64,000 bases of DNA from Anaeramoeba ignava BMAN (Eukaryota > Protista > Anaeramoebae). Every line of letters starts with the position of its first letter. Position 1 is the first letter of the stretch. Shown here piece by piece: positions 1 through 12,425 of this stretch. Both the position numbers and the translations under genes were made by a program. The stretch spans positions 310,001 to 374,000 of the forward strand of contig JAPDFW010000058.1 in NCBI GenBank assembly GCA_028826165.1, given 5' to 3'. Under the pieces are notes generated by a model. The model ran no database searches and was not told where the DNA came from. It saw nothing but the letters and a program-made list of their open reading frames with translations.

Positions 1-1
1 T

Positions 2-100
2 AAATTTCATTTGGTTTGTATTAATACTTGGATTCAAAGAAATATTAATGAACCAACTTGCCCAATGTGTAGAGAACCATGGGAATTTCGAGATGATTAA
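2..100 (+). CDS. APC11: 3' end of a RING-H2 protein, APC11-like (anaphase-promoting complex subunit 11); 5' part lies outside the window
   Basis: Manual translation from base 2: KFHLVCINTWIQRNINEPTCPMCREPWEFRDD*. This matches the FH..CI..W.......CPMCR..W.F C-terminus of APC11. RBX1 typically has CPL[DC]N instead. Confidence 0.75.
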   Translation, partial: KFHLVCINTWIQRNINEPTCPMCREPWEFRDD

Positions 101-149
101 AATTTTTCAATGATTTGATTTGATTTTAATTTTAATTTTAATTTTAATT

Positions 150-1943
150 TTAATTTTGATTATTAAATTTGTTAATTAATAAATCAAATAAATTTGGATA
201 TGTTTGATTTAATTGAAAATAATCAATTCCAATTTCAATTTCATCAATTATTTCTTGTGTAATTTGAATTTCATCTTTAATTTGATTTGAATAAATCCAA
301 TATTCAAATATTTCAAATGATTTATTACTTAATTCACTATAATCTGTAACTTTATTTGATTTATCATTTGTTACAGATAAAAACATTCCTCGATATAATT
401 CACTTCTCATTATTAATATTAATTTAGGAAATTTATATTGTTTTTCTTTTCTTTCAATAATAAAATCTTTTTCATTTTCATTTTCATTTTCATTTAAATA
501 AATTCTTTTCATTGTTTCTTCAATTTTTTCATTTAAATTTATAATTTCTTTAATTTCAGAATATAATTTTGGATTTATTATTCTGTTTGAATAAATCATT
601 TCAAATATTTGATTTGATTCTTTAATTGATTTATTTGAAATAATTTCTTGAAGTTTTTCAATTTCATTTTCATTTTGATTTAATCTATATTTCAATATTA
701 ATTTATGAGCTTCAATTATTTCTCCATTTTTGGTTTTAAATGAAATATTACAAAATTCTTTTCTTCCAAATAATTTTATCAAATCTTCTTCAAGATTGGA
801 AAAAGGAGAAAGAAAAGGAGAATAATAAAGAAATGAATTAAAATCTCCACAAGAAAGATGATAATTAGAAATATCTTCATTAAATATTAATTTAGGAAGT
901 TCAATTTGAATTGGAATTGATTGATCTTTTGTATCTCCACTTCCTAATTCACCAAATAAATTATGTCCAAATCCAATTAATTTCCCATTTGATGTCAAAA
1001 TCAAACTATGAATATATCCAACTGAAAAATCAAGAATATTATTATCATTTTCAAATAAAGATGATTTGATTTCAGTAAATTCATAAGTATTTTCATCTTT
1101 GCCAAGTCCATTATATTGATAATTTCCGCATGAATAAAATTTTCTTTTTGGATTTTGATTTTCATCTTCATTTTCAATCAACATTATTGAGTGATCATAT
1201 CCACATTGAATATCAATTATTTTGCCTTTTGGAATATTTTGGATTTTGGTTAATTTTTGGATTTTAGTTTCTTTTCTTGATTCTCCTAATCCAAGTTGAC
1301 CATTATAATTTTCTCCGCATCCAAATAATTCTTGATTTGAATTTAAAAGAAAAACATGAATTGAACAATTTCCTGAAAATATTTTAGAAACATTTTTCAT
1401 CATTAAAATTGGTTTTTCTGTTTTTGGAAGTTTTTTAGAATCAAAACCAACTTGACCATAGTTATTTGAACCAATTCCATAAGCATTTTGATTTGAAGTT
1501 AATAAGTAAATTGAATTAGCTCCAGCAACAATATCTTGAATTATTCTATCATTTGTATCTTCAATTAATAATGAAATGTTGATAAATTCATTTGGATTAT
1601 TTGGATTAATATCTTTTCCTTTGGCAAATACATTTCTTTCTATTGTTAAAATAGCTTCATTTTCAAAACCAACAGTTACTTTTTGAATATTTTCTTCAAT
1701 TTGGATTTTTTCAGGATTTTGTTTTGAATATTTTAAATATTCTATTGCTTTTCCATTTTTAAAAAGGAAAATTGTTGAATTATCTCCTGTTGAAATTTGT
1801 TTAATTTGTTTTTCATTTTCATTTTCATTTTCATTTTCATTTTCATTTTCAAATTTAAATTGAATTGGTTTTATTATTTCTTTTGGTTCATTTTTGAAAA
1901 GTTTTGGATTTTCATTTGAACCAAAAAATAAAATTTCATTCAT
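150..1943 (-). CDS. RCC1-repeat beta-propeller + C-terminal tandem BTB/POZ protein, copy 1
   Basis: 597-aa ORF. RCC1 motifs G.N.YGQLG.G and I.CG..HS. BTB-like segments FCNISFKT..GEIIEAHKLIL and KDFII...YKFPKLILIMRSELYRGMF...FEYWIYS. Confidence 0.9.
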   Translation of the reverse strand: MNEILFFGSNENPKLFKNEPKEIIKPIQFKFENENENENENENEKQIKQISTGDNSTIFLFKNGKAIEYLKYSKQNPEKIQIEENIQKVTVGFENEAILTIERNVFAKGKDINPNNPNEFINISLLIEDTNDRIIQDIVAGANSIYLLTSNQNAYGIGSNNYGQVGFDSKKLPKTEKPILMMKNVSKIFSGNCSIHVFLLNSNQELFGCGENYNGQLGLGESRKETKIQKLTKIQNIPKGKIIDIQCGYDHSIMLIENEDENQNPKRKFYSCGNYQYNGLGKDENTYEFTEIKSSLFENDNNILDFSVGYIHSLILTSNGKLIGFGHNLFGELGSGDTKDQSIPIQIELPKLIFNEDISNYHLSCGDFNSFLYYSPFLSPFSNLEEDLIKLFGRKEFCNISFKTKNGEIIEAHKLILKYRLNQNENEIEKLQEIISNKSIKESNQIFEMIYSNRIINPKLYSEIKEIINLNEKIEETMKRIYLNENENENEKDFIIERKEKQYKFPKLILIMRSELYRGMFLSVTNDKSNKVTDYSELSNKSFEIFEYWIYSNQIKDEIQITQEIIDEIEIGIDYFQLNQTYPNLFDLLINKFNNQN

Positions 1944-1970
1944 TTTTGAAAAGAAAAAAATGAAAAAAAA
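1944..1970 (-). promoter_or_regulatory. Conserved upstream motif TTTTCATTTTTTTCTTTTCAAAA-ATG (candidate initiator/5' UTR)
   Basis: Near-identical in front of all seven RCC1-BTB starts. A similar TTTCATTTT is found upstream of most other genes in the window. Confidence 0.5.
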
Positions 1971-2033
1971 TTTTTGAATTTTAATTTTAATTTTAATTTT
2001 AAATTTGATTTTAATTTTAATTTTAATTTTAAT

Positions 2034-3788
2034 TTAATTATTAAATTTATTAATTAATAAATCAAATAAATTTGGATTTGTTTGATTTAATTGAAAATAA
2101 TCAATTCCAATTTGAATTTCATTAATGATTTCTTGTGTAATTTGAATTTCATCTTTAATTTGATTTGAATAAATCCAATATTCAAATATTTGAAATGATT
2201 TATTACTTAATTCACTATAATCTGTAACTTTATTAGAAGTATCATTTGTTACAGATAAAAACATTCCTCGATATAATTCACTTCTCATTATTAATATTAA
2301 TTTTGGAAATTTATATTGTTTTTCTTTTCTTTCAATTATGAAATCTTTTTCATTTTCGTTTTCATTTAAATAAATTCTTTTCATTGTTTCTTCAATTTTT
2401 TCATTTGAATTTATAATTTCTTTAATTTCTGAATATAATTCTGGATTTATTTTGGAATTGTTTGAATAAATCATTTCAAATATTTGATTTGATTCTTTAG
2501 TTGATTTTTTTGAAATAATTTCTTGAAGTTTTTCAATTTGATTTTGATTTTGATTTAATCTATATTTCAATATTAATTTATGAGCTTCAATTATTTCTCC
2601 ATTTTCTGTTTTAAATGAAATATCACAAAATTCTTTTCTTTCAAATAATTTTATCAAATCTTCTTCAAGATTGGAAAAAGAAAGAGGAGAATAATAAAGA
2701 AATGAATTGTGAAATCCACAAGAAAGATGATAATTAGAAATATCTTCATTAAATCTTAATTTAGGAAGTTCAATTTGAATTGGAATTAGTTGATTTTTTG
2801 TATTTCCAGTTCCTAATTGACCAGAAAAATTATTCCCAAATCCAATTAATTTCCCATTTGAAGTTAAAATCAAACTATGGAAATTTCCAACAGAAAAATC
2901 AAGAATAATATTATCATTTTCAAATAAAGATGATTTGATTTCAGTAAATTCATAAGTATTTCCATTTTTGCCAAGTCCATTATATCCAGAATATCCACAT
3001 GAATAAAGTTTTCTTTTTGGATTTTGATTTTCATTTTCAATCAACATTATTGGATGAATATTTCCACATTGAATATCAATTATTTTGCCTTTTGGAATAT
3101 TTTGAATTTTGGTTAATTTATTGATTTTTCTTTCTTTTATTGATTCTCCTAATCCAAGTTGACCATATTCGTTACCACCACATCCAAATAATTCTTGATT
3201 TGAATTTAAAAGAAAAACATGATTTGAAGAATTTCCTGAAAATATTTTAGAAACATTTTTCATCATTAAAATTGGTTTTTCTGTTTTTTTAAGTGTTTTA
3301 GAATCAAAACCAAGTTGACCAGAATCATTTGAACCAATTCCATAAGCATTATGATTTGAAGTTAATAAGTAAATTGAATTTCTTCCAGAAACAATATCTT
3401 GAATTATTCTATCATTTTATCTTCAATTAATGATGAAATATTGATAAATTTATTTGTATTTTTTGGATTAATATCTTTTCCTTTGGCAAATACATTTCTT
3501 TCTATTGTTAAAATAGCTTCATTATAATAACTAACAGTTACTTTTTGAATATTTTCTTCAATTTGGATTTTTTCAGGATTTGGATTTGAATATTTTAAAT
3601 ATTCTATTGCTTTTCCATTTTTCAAAAAGAAAAATTGTTGAAAAGTCACTTGATGAAATTTGTTTAATTTGTTTTTCATTTTCATTTTCATTTTCAAATT
3701 TAAATTGAGTTGGTTTTTTTATTTTATTTGATTCATTTTCGATAAGAGTTGGTTTTTTATTTCTTCCAAAAAATAAAATTTCATTCAT
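2034..3788 (-). pseudogene. RCC1-BTB copy 2, two frameshifts (pseudogene or assembly indels)
   Basis: Homologous protein is split over ORFs 3573..3788, 3404..3697 and 2034..3266. Versus sister copies there is an extra T in a T-run near 3620 and a missing G near 3418. Confidence 0.75.
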
Positions 3789-4067
3789 TTTTGAAAAGAA
3801 AAAAATGAAAAAAATAATTTTGGATTTTTATTTTAATTTTAATTTTGATTTTAATTTTGATTTTAATTTTGATTTTAATTTTAATTTTAATTTTAATTTT
3901 AATTTTGATTTAAATTTTAATTTTAATTTTAATTTTAATTTTTAATTTTGATTTTGATTTTGATTTTAATTTTAATTTTAATTTTGATTTTAATTTTAAT
4001 TTTAATTTTGATTTTGATTTTAATTTTAATTTTAATTTTGATTTTGATTTTAATTTTAATTTTAATT

Positions 4068-5861
4068 TTAATTTTTATTTTGATTTTGATTATTAAATTT
4101 GTTAATTAATAAATCAAATAAATTTGGATTTGTTTGATTTAATTGAAAATAATCAATTCCTGTTTCTATTTCATCAATTATTTCTTGTGTAATTTGAATT
4201 TCATTTTTAATTTGATTTGAATAAATCCAATATTCAAATATTTGAAATGATTTATTACTTAATTCACTATAATCTGTAACTTTATTAGAAGTATCTTCTG
4301 TAACAGATAAAAACATTCCTCGATATAATTCACTTCTCATTATTAATATTAATTTAGGAAATTTATATTGTTTTTCTTTTCTTTCAATTATAAAATCTTT
4401 TTCATTTTCATTTAAATAAATTCTTTTCATTGTTTCTTCTATTTTTTCATTGGAATTTATAATTTCTTTAATTTCAGAATATAATTTTGATTTTGTGCTT
4501 AATTTGTTTGAATAAATCATTTCAAATATTTGATTTGATTCTTTAGTTGATTTTTTTGAAATAATTTCTTGAAGTTTTTCAATTTGATTTTCATCTTTTA
4601 ATCTATATTTCAATATTAATTTATGAGCTTCAATTATTTCTCCATTTTCGGTTTTAAATGAAATATTACAAAATTCTTTTCTTCTAAATAATTTTATCAG
4701 ATCTTCTTCAAGATTGGAAAAAGAAAGAGAAGGAGAATAATAAAGAAATGAATTGCGTGCACCACAAGAAATATGATAATTAGAAATATTTTCATTAAAT
4801 CTTAATTTAGGAAGTTCAATTTCGTTTGGTTTCAGACGAATATTTGTATCTCCAGTTCCTAATTGACCATACCAATTATCTCCAAATCCAATTAATTTTC
4901 CTTTAGTTGTTAAAATCAAACTATATATATTTCCAACAGAAAAATCAAGAATATTATCATCATTTTCAAATAAAAATGATTTGATTTCAGTAAATTCATA
5001 AGTATTTTCATCTTTGCCAAGTCCATTGAATTGATAAAATCCACATGAATAAAGTTTTCTTTTTGGATTTTCATCTTCATTTTCAATCAACATTATTGAG
5101 TGATTACTTCCGCATTGAATATCAATTATTTTGCCTTTTGGAATATTTTGAATTTTGGTTAATTTTTGGATTTTTGTTTCTTCTCTTTTTGATTCTCCTA
5201 ATCCAAGTTGGCCACTCTTATTATCACCAAATCCAAATAATTCTTGATTTGAATTTAAAAGAAAAACATGATTTGAAGAATTTCCTGAAAATATTTTAGA
5301 AACATTTTTCATCATTAAAATTGGTTTTTCTGTTTTTTTAAGTGTTTTAGAATCAAAAACAAGTTCACCATAATAATTTAAACCAGTCCCATAAGCATTT
5401 TGATTTGAAGTTAATAAGTATAGTGAAAAAGCAGAACAAACAACATTTTCAATTATTCTATCATTTGTATCTTCAATTAATGATGAAATATTGATAAATT
5501 CATCTGGATTTTTTGGATCGATATATTCTCCTTTGGCAAATAAATTTCCTTCTAATGTTAAAATAGCTTCATTTGAAAAACCAACAGTTACTTTTTTGAT
5601 ATTTTCAATTTGAATTTTTTGAGGATTTTGAGTTGAATCTTGTAGATAACTTTCATTTAAATATTCTATTGCTTTTCCATTTTCAAAAAGGAAAATTGTT
5701 CCAAAGTCACTTGATGAAATTTGTTTAATTTGTTTTTCATTTTCATTTTCATTTTCATTTTCATTTTCAAATTTAAATTGAATTGGTTTTTTTATTTCTT
5801 CTGGTTTATTTTTGATAATAATTGGATGCTTATTTTTACCAAAAAATAAACAATCATTCAT
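4068..5861 (-). CDS. RCC1-BTB copy 3
   Basis: Intact 597-aa ORF collinear with copy 1. Confidence 0.9.
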   Translation of the reverse strand: MNDCLFFGKNKHPIIIKNKPEEIKKPIQFKFENENENENENEKQIKQISSSDFGTIFLFENGKAIEYLNESYLQDSTQNPQKIQIENIKKVTVGFSNEAILTLEGNLFAKGEYIDPKNPDEFINISSLIEDTNDRIIENVVCSAFSLYLLTSNQNAYGTGLNYYGELVFDSKTLKKTEKPILMMKNVSKIFSGNSSNHVFLLNSNQELFGFGDNKSGQLGLGESKREETKIQKLTKIQNIPKGKIIDIQCGSNHSIMLIENEDENPKRKLYSCGFYQFNGLGKDENTYEFTEIKSFLFENDDNILDFSVGNIYSLILTTKGKLIGFGDNWYGQLGTGDTNIRLKPNEIELPKLRFNENISNYHISCGARNSFLYYSPSLSFSNLEEDLIKLFRRKEFCNISFKTENGEIIEAHKLILKYRLKDENQIEKLQEIISKKSTKESNQIFEMIYSNKLSTKSKLYSEIKEIINSNEKIEETMKRIYLNENEKDFIIERKEKQYKFPKLILIMRSELYRGMFLSVTEDTSNKVTDYSELSNKSFQIFEYWIYSNQIKNEIQITQEIIDEIETGIDYFQLNQTNPNLFDLLINKFNNQNQNKN

Positions 5862-5894
5862 TTTGAAAAAGAAAAAAATGAAAAAAAATTTTTG

Positions 5895-6275
5895 GAATTT
5901 TAATTTTAATTTTAATTTTAATTTTAATTTTAATTTTAATTTTAATTTTAATTTTAATTTTAATTTTAATTTTAATTTTAATTTTAATTTTAATTTTAAT
6001 TTTAATTTTAATTTTAATTTTAATTTTAATTTTTAATTTTAATTTTAATTTTAATTTTAATTTTAATTTTGATTTTGATTTTAATTTTAATTTTAATTTT
6101 AATTTTAATTTTAATTTTAATTTTAATTTTTTTTATTTTTAATTTTAATTTTAATTTTTAATTTTGATTTTTGATTTTAATTTTAATTTTTAATTTTAAT
6201 TTTAAATTTTTTAATTTTGATTTTAATTTTAATTTTTAATTTTTTTAATTTTGATTTTGATTTTAATTTTGATTT
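5895..6275. repeat. (TTTTAA/TTTTGA)n microsatellite spacer; similar spacers at ~3830-4067, 8085-8407, 10245-10447 and 12260-12425 separate the RCC1-BTB copies
   Basis: Directly visible hexamer runs between every array member. Confidence 0.9.
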
Positions 6276-8042
6276 TATTAATTTTTTTTTGATAATTAAT
6301 AAATCAAATAAATTTGGATTTGTTTGATTTAATTGAAAATAATCAATTCCAGTTTGAATTTCATCAATTATTTCTTGTGTAATTTGAATATCTTCTTTGA
6401 TTTGATTTGAATAAATCCAATATTCTAATATTTGAAATGATTTATTACTTAATTCACTATAATCTGTAACTTTATTAGATTTATCTTCTGTAACAGATAA
6501 AAACATTCCTCGATATAATTCACTTCTCATTATTAATATTAATTTAGGAAATTTATATTGTTTTTCTTTTCTTTCAATTATGAAATCATTTTCATTTTCA
6601 TTTAAATAAATTCTTTTCATTGTTTCTTCAATTTTTTCATTGGAATTTATAATTTCTTTAATTTCTGAATATAATTTTGGATTTATTTTGGAATTGTTTG
6701 AATAAATCATTTCAAATATTTGATTTGATTCTTTAATTGATTTTTTTGAAATAATTTCTTGAAGTTTTTCAATTTCATTTTGATTTTCATCTTTTAATCT
6801 ATATTTCAATATTAATTTATGAGCTTCAATTATTTCTCCATTTTTTGTTTTAAATGAAATATCACAAAATTCTTTTCTTTTAAATAATTTTATCAAATCT
6901 TCTTCAAGATTGGAAAAAGAAGGATAAGAATAATAAAGAAATGAATTGTGAAATCCACAATAAACATGATAATTAGAAATATCTTCATTAAATCTTAATT
7001 TAGGAAGTTCAATTTGAATTGGAATTAATTGTTCATTTTTATCTCCATTTCCTAATTGACCAAAATAATTATATCCAAATCCTATTAATTTTGAATTGGA
7101 TGTTAAAATCAAAGTATGGAAATTTCCAACAGAAAAATCAAGAATATTATCATCATTTTCAAATAAAGATGATTTGATTTCAGTAAATTCATAAATATTT
7201 TCATCTTTGCCAAGTCCATTATATCCAGAATATCCACATGAATAAAGTTTTCTTTTTGGATTTTGATTTTCATCTTCATTTTCAATCAACATTATTGAAT
7301 GAATATTTCCACATTGAATATCAATTATTTTACCTTTTGGAATATTTTGGATTTTGGTTAATTTTTGGATTTTTGTTTCTTCTTTTCTTGATTCTCCTAA
7401 TCCAAGTTGATCATATTCGTTACCACCACATCCAAATAATTCTTGATTTGAATTTAAAAGAAAAACATGTTGTGAAGAATTTCCTGAAAATATTTTAGAA
7501 ACATTTTTCATCATTAAAATTGGTTTTTGTGTTTCTTTAAGTGTTACAGAATCAAAACCAAGTTGATTATAATAATTATCACCAATTCCATAAGCATTTT
7601 GATTTGAAGTTAATAAGTAAATTGAATCTCTTCCAGAAACAATATCTTGAATTATTCTATCATTTGTATCTTCAATTAATGATGAAATATTGATAAATCC
7701 TGTTTTTTTTTTTGGATTAATATATCTTCCTTTGGCAAATACATTTCCTTCTATTGTTAAAATAGCTTGATTTTGATCACCAATAGTTACTTTTTGAATA
7801 TTTTCTTTAATTTGTATTTTTGAAGGATTTTGTTTTGAATATTTTAAATATTCTATTGCTTTTCCATTTTCAAAAAGGAAAATTGTTGAATAATCTTTTG
7901 ATGAAATTTGTTTAATTTGTTTTTCATTTTCATTTTCATTTTCATTTTCAAATTTAAATTGAATTGGTTTTATTATTTTTTGTGGTTTATTTTTTATAAA
8001 TTTTGGTTTTATATTTCTTCCAAAAAATAAAATTTCATTCAT
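6183..8042 (-). CDS. RCC1-BTB copy 4 (true start ATG 8042; C-terminus probably extended by a homopolymer indel near 6285)
   Basis: MNEILFFG start at 8042 matches sister copies; the ORF-track extension to 8381 is only the TTTTAA microsatellite. Removing one base from the T-run at ~6282-6290 gives a stop at about the same place as in other copies. Confidence 0.85.
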   Translation of the reverse strand: MNEILFFGRNIKPKFIKNKPQKIIKPIQFKFENENENENEKQIKQISSKDYSTIFLFENGKAIEYLKYSKQNPSKIQIKENIQKVTIGDQNQAILTIEGNVFAKGRYINPKKKTGFINISSLIEDTNDRIIQDIVSGRDSIYLLTSNQNAYGIGDNYYNQLGFDSVTLKETQKPILMMKNVSKIFSGNSSQHVFLLNSNQELFGCGGNEYDQLGLGESRKEETKIQKLTKIQNIPKGKIIDIQCGNIHSIMLIENEDENQNPKRKLYSCGYSGYNGLGKDENIYEFTEIKSSLFENDDNILDFSVGNFHTLILTSNSKLIGFGYNYFGQLGNGDKNEQLIPIQIELPKLRFNEDISNYHVYCGFHNSFLYYSYPSFSNLEEDLIKLFKRKEFCDISFKTKNGEIIEAHKLILKYRLKDENQNEIEKLQEIISKKSIKESNQIFEMIYSNNSKINPKLYSEIKEIINSNEKIEETMKRIYLNENENDFIIERKEKQYKFPKLILIMRSELYRGMFLSVTEDKSNKVTDYSELSNKSFQILEYWIYSNQIKEDIQITQEIIDEIQTGIDYFQLNQTNPNLFDLLIIKKKLIKSKLKSKSKLKKLKIKIKIKIKKFKIKIKN

Positions 8043-8407
8043 TTTTGAAAAGAAAAAAATGAAAAAATGAATTTTGGATTTTGGATTTTTAATTTTAATT
8101 TTAATTTTAATTTTGATTTTTAATTTTAATTTTAATTTTAATTTTAATTTTAATTTTAAATTTGATTTTAATTTTAATTTTGATTTTAATTTTGATTTTG
8201 ATTTTAATTTTAATTTTAATTTTAATTTTGATTTTAATTTTGATTTTAATTTTAATTTTAATTTTAATTTTAATTTTAATTTTGATTTTAATTTTAATTT
8301 TAATTTGATTTTAATTTTTGATTTTAATTTTAATTTTAATTTTAATTTTATTTTAATTTTAAATTTCAATTTTAATTTCAATTTTAAATTTAATTTTAAT
8401 TTTAATT

Positions 8408-10204
8408 TTAATTTTGATTATTAAATTTATTAATTAATAAATCAAATAAATTTGGATTTGTTTGATTTAATTGAAAATAATCAATTCCTGTTTCTAATTC
8501 ATCAATAATTTCTTGTGTAATTTGAATTTCATCTTTAATTTGATTTGAATAAATCCAATATTCAAATATTTGAAATGATTTATTACTTAATTCACTATAA
8601 TCTGTAACTTTATTTGAAGTATCTTCAGTTACAGATAAAAACATTCCTCGATATAATTCACTTCTCATTATTAATATTAATTTAGGAAATTTATATTGTT
8701 TTTCTTTTCTTTCAATTATAAAATCTTTTTCATTTTCATTTTCATTTTCATTTTCATTTAAATAAATTCTTTTCATTGTTTCTTCAATTTTTTCATTTGA
8801 ATTTATAATTTCTTTGATTTCTGAATATAATTCTGGATTTATTATTCTGTTTGAATAAATCATTTCAAATATTTGATTAGATTCTTTAATTGATTTATTT
8901 GAAATAATTTCTTGAAGTTTTTCAATTTCATTTTGATTTTCATCTTTTAATCTATATTTCAATATTAATTTATGAGCTTCAATTATTTCTCCATTTTTGG
9001 TTTTAAATGAAATATCACAAAATTCTTTTCTTTCAAATAATTTTATCAAATCTTCTTCAAGATTGGAAAAAGAAGGATAAGAATAATAAAGAAATGAATT
9101 GTGAAATCCACAATAAACATGATAATTAGAAATATCTTCATTAAATCTTAATTTAGGAAGTTCAATTTGAATTGGAATTAATTGTTCATTTTTATATTCA
9201 GTTCCTAATTGACCAAAATAATTATATCCAAATCCTATTAATTTTGAATTGGATGTTAAAATCAAAGTATGGGAATAACCAACAGAAAAATCAAGAATAT
9301 CATCATTTTCAAATAAAGATGATTTGATTTCAGTAAATTCATAAATATTTCCATTTTTGCCAAGTCCATTATATCCAGAATATCCACATGAATAAAGTTT
9401 TCTTTTTGGATTTTGATTTTGATCTTCATTTTCAATCAACATTATTGAATGAATATTTCCACATTGAATATCAATTATTTTACCTTTTGGAGTATTTTGG
9501 ATTTTGGTTAATTTTTGGATTTTTGTTTCTTCTTTTCTTGATTCTCCTAATCCAAGTTGATCATATTCGTTACCACCACATCCAAATAATTCTTGATTTG
9601 AATTTAAAAGAAAAACATGTTGTGAAGAATTTCCTGAAAATATTTTAGAAACATTTTTCATCATTAAAATTGGTTTTTGTGTTTCTTTAAGTGTTACAGA
9701 ATCAAAACCAAGTTGATTATAATAATTATCACCAATTCCATAAGCATTTTGATTTGAAGTTAATAAATAAATTGAATCTCTTCCAGAAACAATATCTTGA
9801 ATTATTCTATCATTTGTATCTTCAATTAATGATGAAATATTGATAAATCCTGTTTTTTTTTTTGGATTAATATCTTTTCCTTTGGCAAATACATTTCCTT
9901 CTATTGTTAAAATAGCTTGATTTTGATCACCAATAGTTACTTTTTGAATATTTTCTTCAATTTGTATTTTTGAAGGATTTTGTTTTGAATTTCTTTGATT
10001 TAAATATTCTATTGCTTTTCCATTTTTAAAAAGGAAAATTGTTGCAAAGTCACTTGATGAAATTTGTTTAATTTGTTTTTCATTTTCATTTTCATTTTCA
10101 TTTTCATTTTCAAATTTAAATTGAATTGGTTTTATTATTTTTTGTGGTTTATTTTTTATAAATTTTGGTTTTATATTTCTTCCAAAAAATAAAATTTCAT
10201 TCAT
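8408..10204 (-). CDS. RCC1-BTB copy 5
   Basis: Intact 598-aa ORF, very similar to copy 4 over most of the RCC1 region. Confidence 0.9.
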   Translation of the reverse strand: MNEILFFGRNIKPKFIKNKPQKIIKPIQFKFENENENENENEKQIKQISSSDFATIFLFKNGKAIEYLNQRNSKQNPSKIQIEENIQKVTIGDQNQAILTIEGNVFAKGKDINPKKKTGFINISSLIEDTNDRIIQDIVSGRDSIYLLTSNQNAYGIGDNYYNQLGFDSVTLKETQKPILMMKNVSKIFSGNSSQHVFLLNSNQELFGCGGNEYDQLGLGESRKEETKIQKLTKIQNTPKGKIIDIQCGNIHSIMLIENEDQNQNPKRKLYSCGYSGYNGLGKNGNIYEFTEIKSSLFENDDILDFSVGYSHTLILTSNSKLIGFGYNYFGQLGTEYKNEQLIPIQIELPKLRFNEDISNYHVYCGFHNSFLYYSYPSFSNLEEDLIKLFERKEFCDISFKTKNGEIIEAHKLILKYRLKDENQNEIEKLQEIISNKSIKESNQIFEMIYSNRIINPELYSEIKEIINSNEKIEETMKRIYLNENENENENEKDFIIERKEKQYKFPKLILIMRSELYRGMFLSVTEDTSNKVTDYSELSNKSFQIFEYWIYSNQIKDEIQITQEIIDELETGIDYFQLNQTNPNLFDLLINKFNNQN

Positions 10205-10447
10205 TTTTGAAAAGAAAAAAATGAAAAAATGAATTTTGGATTTTGGATTTTAATTTTAATTTTAATTTTGATTTTAATTTTGATTTTAATTTTAATTTAA
10301 ATTTGAATTTAATATTAATTTTAATTTTAATTTTAATATTAATTTTGATTTTAATTTTAATTTTAATTTTTAATTTAATTTTAATTTTTAATTTAAATTT
10401 TAATATTAATTTTAATTTTAATTTTAATTTTGATTTTAATTTTGATT

Positions 10448-12225
10448 TTAATTTTGATTATTAAATTTATTAATTAATAAATCAAATAAATTTGGATTTG
10501 TTTGATTTAATTGAAAATAATCAATTCCTTTTTGAATTTCATTAATAATTTCTTGTGTAATTTGGATTTCTTCTTTGATTTGATTTGAATAAATCCAATA
10601 TTCAAATATTTGAAATGATTTATTACTTAATTCACTATAATCTGTAACTTTATTTGAAGTATCTTCAGTTACAGATAAAAACATTCCTCGATATAATTCA
10701 CTTCTCATTATTAATATTAATTTTGGAAATTTATATTTCTTTTCTTTTCTTTCAATTATAAAATCTTTTTCATTTTCATTTAAATAAATTCTTTTCATTG
10801 TTTCTTCAATTTTTTCATTTAAATTTATAATTTCTTTAATTTCTGAATATAATTTTGGATTTATTATTCTGTTTGAATAAATCATTTCAAATATTTGATT
10901 TGATTCTTTAATTGATTTATTTGAAATAATTTCTTGAAGTTTTTCAATTTCATTTTGATTTTCATCTTTTAATCTATATTTCAATATTAATTTATGAGCT
11001 TCAATTATTTCTCCATTTTCGGTTTTAAATGAAATATTGCAAAATTCTTTTCTTTAGATAATTTTATCAAATCTTCTTCAAGATTGGAAAAAGAAAGAGA
11101 ATAATAAAGAAATGAATTATCATTTCCACAAGAAATATGATAATTAGAAATATCTTCATTAAATCTTAATTTAGGAAGTTCAATTTGAATTGGAATTAAA
11201 TCATTTTCTGTTGTATATCCAGTTCCTAATTCACCAGAAGAATTTGAACCAAATCCAATTAATTTTGAATTGGAAGTTAAAATCAAAGTATGAAAACATC
11301 CAACAGAAAAATCAAGAATATTATCATCATTTTCAAATAAAGATGATTTGATTTCAGTAAATTCATAAGTATCTTTGGTTTTGCCAAGTCCATTGAAAAA
11401 ATATCTTCCACATGAATAAAGTTTTCTTTTTGGATTTTCATTTTCATTTTCAATCAACATTACTGAATAAGCATATCCACATTGAATATCAATTATTTTA
11501 CCTTTTGGAATATTTTGGATTTGTGTTAATTTTTGGATTTTTTTTTCTTTTATTGATTCTCCTAATCCAAGTTGACCAAATTGATTATCACCACATCCAA
11601 ATAATTCTTGATTTGAATTTAAAAGAAAAACATGATAAGAAGAATTTCCTGAAAATATTTTAGAAACATTTTTCATCATTAAAATTGGTTTTTCTGTTTT
11701 TTTAAGTGTTTTAGAATCAAAACCAAGTTGTTCATCTTGATTTGAACCAATTCCATAAGCATTTTGATTTGAAGTTAATAAGTAAATTGAATTAAATCCA
11801 GAAACAATATCTTCAATTATTTTATCATTTGTATCTTCAATTAATGATGAAATATTGATAAATTCATTTGGATTTTTTGGATTAATATATTCTCCTTTGG
11901 CAAATACATTTCTTTCTATTGTTAAAATAGCTTCATTTTCATAACCAACAGTTACTTTTTGAATATTTTCTTCAATTTGGATTTTTTCAGGATTTTGATT
12001 TGGATATTTTTCATTTAAATATTCTATTGCTTTTCCATTTTTAAAAAGGAAAATTGTTGAAAAAAAGCATGATGAAATTTGTTTAATTTGTTTTTCATTT
12101 TCATTTTCATTTTCATTTTCATTTTCATTTTCAAATTTAAATTGAATTGGTTTTATTATTATATCTGTTTCATTTTTAATAAGAATTGGCTCTTGATTTG
12201 AACCAAAAAATAAATAATCATTCAT
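10448..12225 (-). pseudogene. RCC1-BTB copy 6, one frameshift near 11055
   Basis: ORF 11005..12225 (RCC1 part) and ORF 10448..10984 (BTB part) are in different frames. One base is missing at EEDLIKL(F)-RKEF relative to other copies. Confidence 0.75.
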
Positions 12226-12425
12226 TTTTGAAAAGAAAAAAATGAAAAAATGAATTTTGGAATTTTAATTTTAATTTTAATTTTAATTTTAATTTTAATT
12301 TTGATTTTAATTTTAATTTTAATTTAAATTAAATTTTAATTTTAATTTTGAATTTGATTTTAATTTTAATTTAAATTTTAATTTTAATATTGATTTAAAT
12401 TTTAATTTTGATTTTAATTTTGATT

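Noticed and set aside
8043-8381. KLKLK N-terminal extension of RCC1-BTB copy 4
   Set aside because: It starts from a non-ATG codon in the intergenic microsatellite; sister copies start at the MNEILFFG ATG.
5045-11663. Repeated ~85-aa + strand ORFs (MNKVFFLDF...)
   Set aside because: Antisense shadows of the conserved RCC1 coding region in each array copy.
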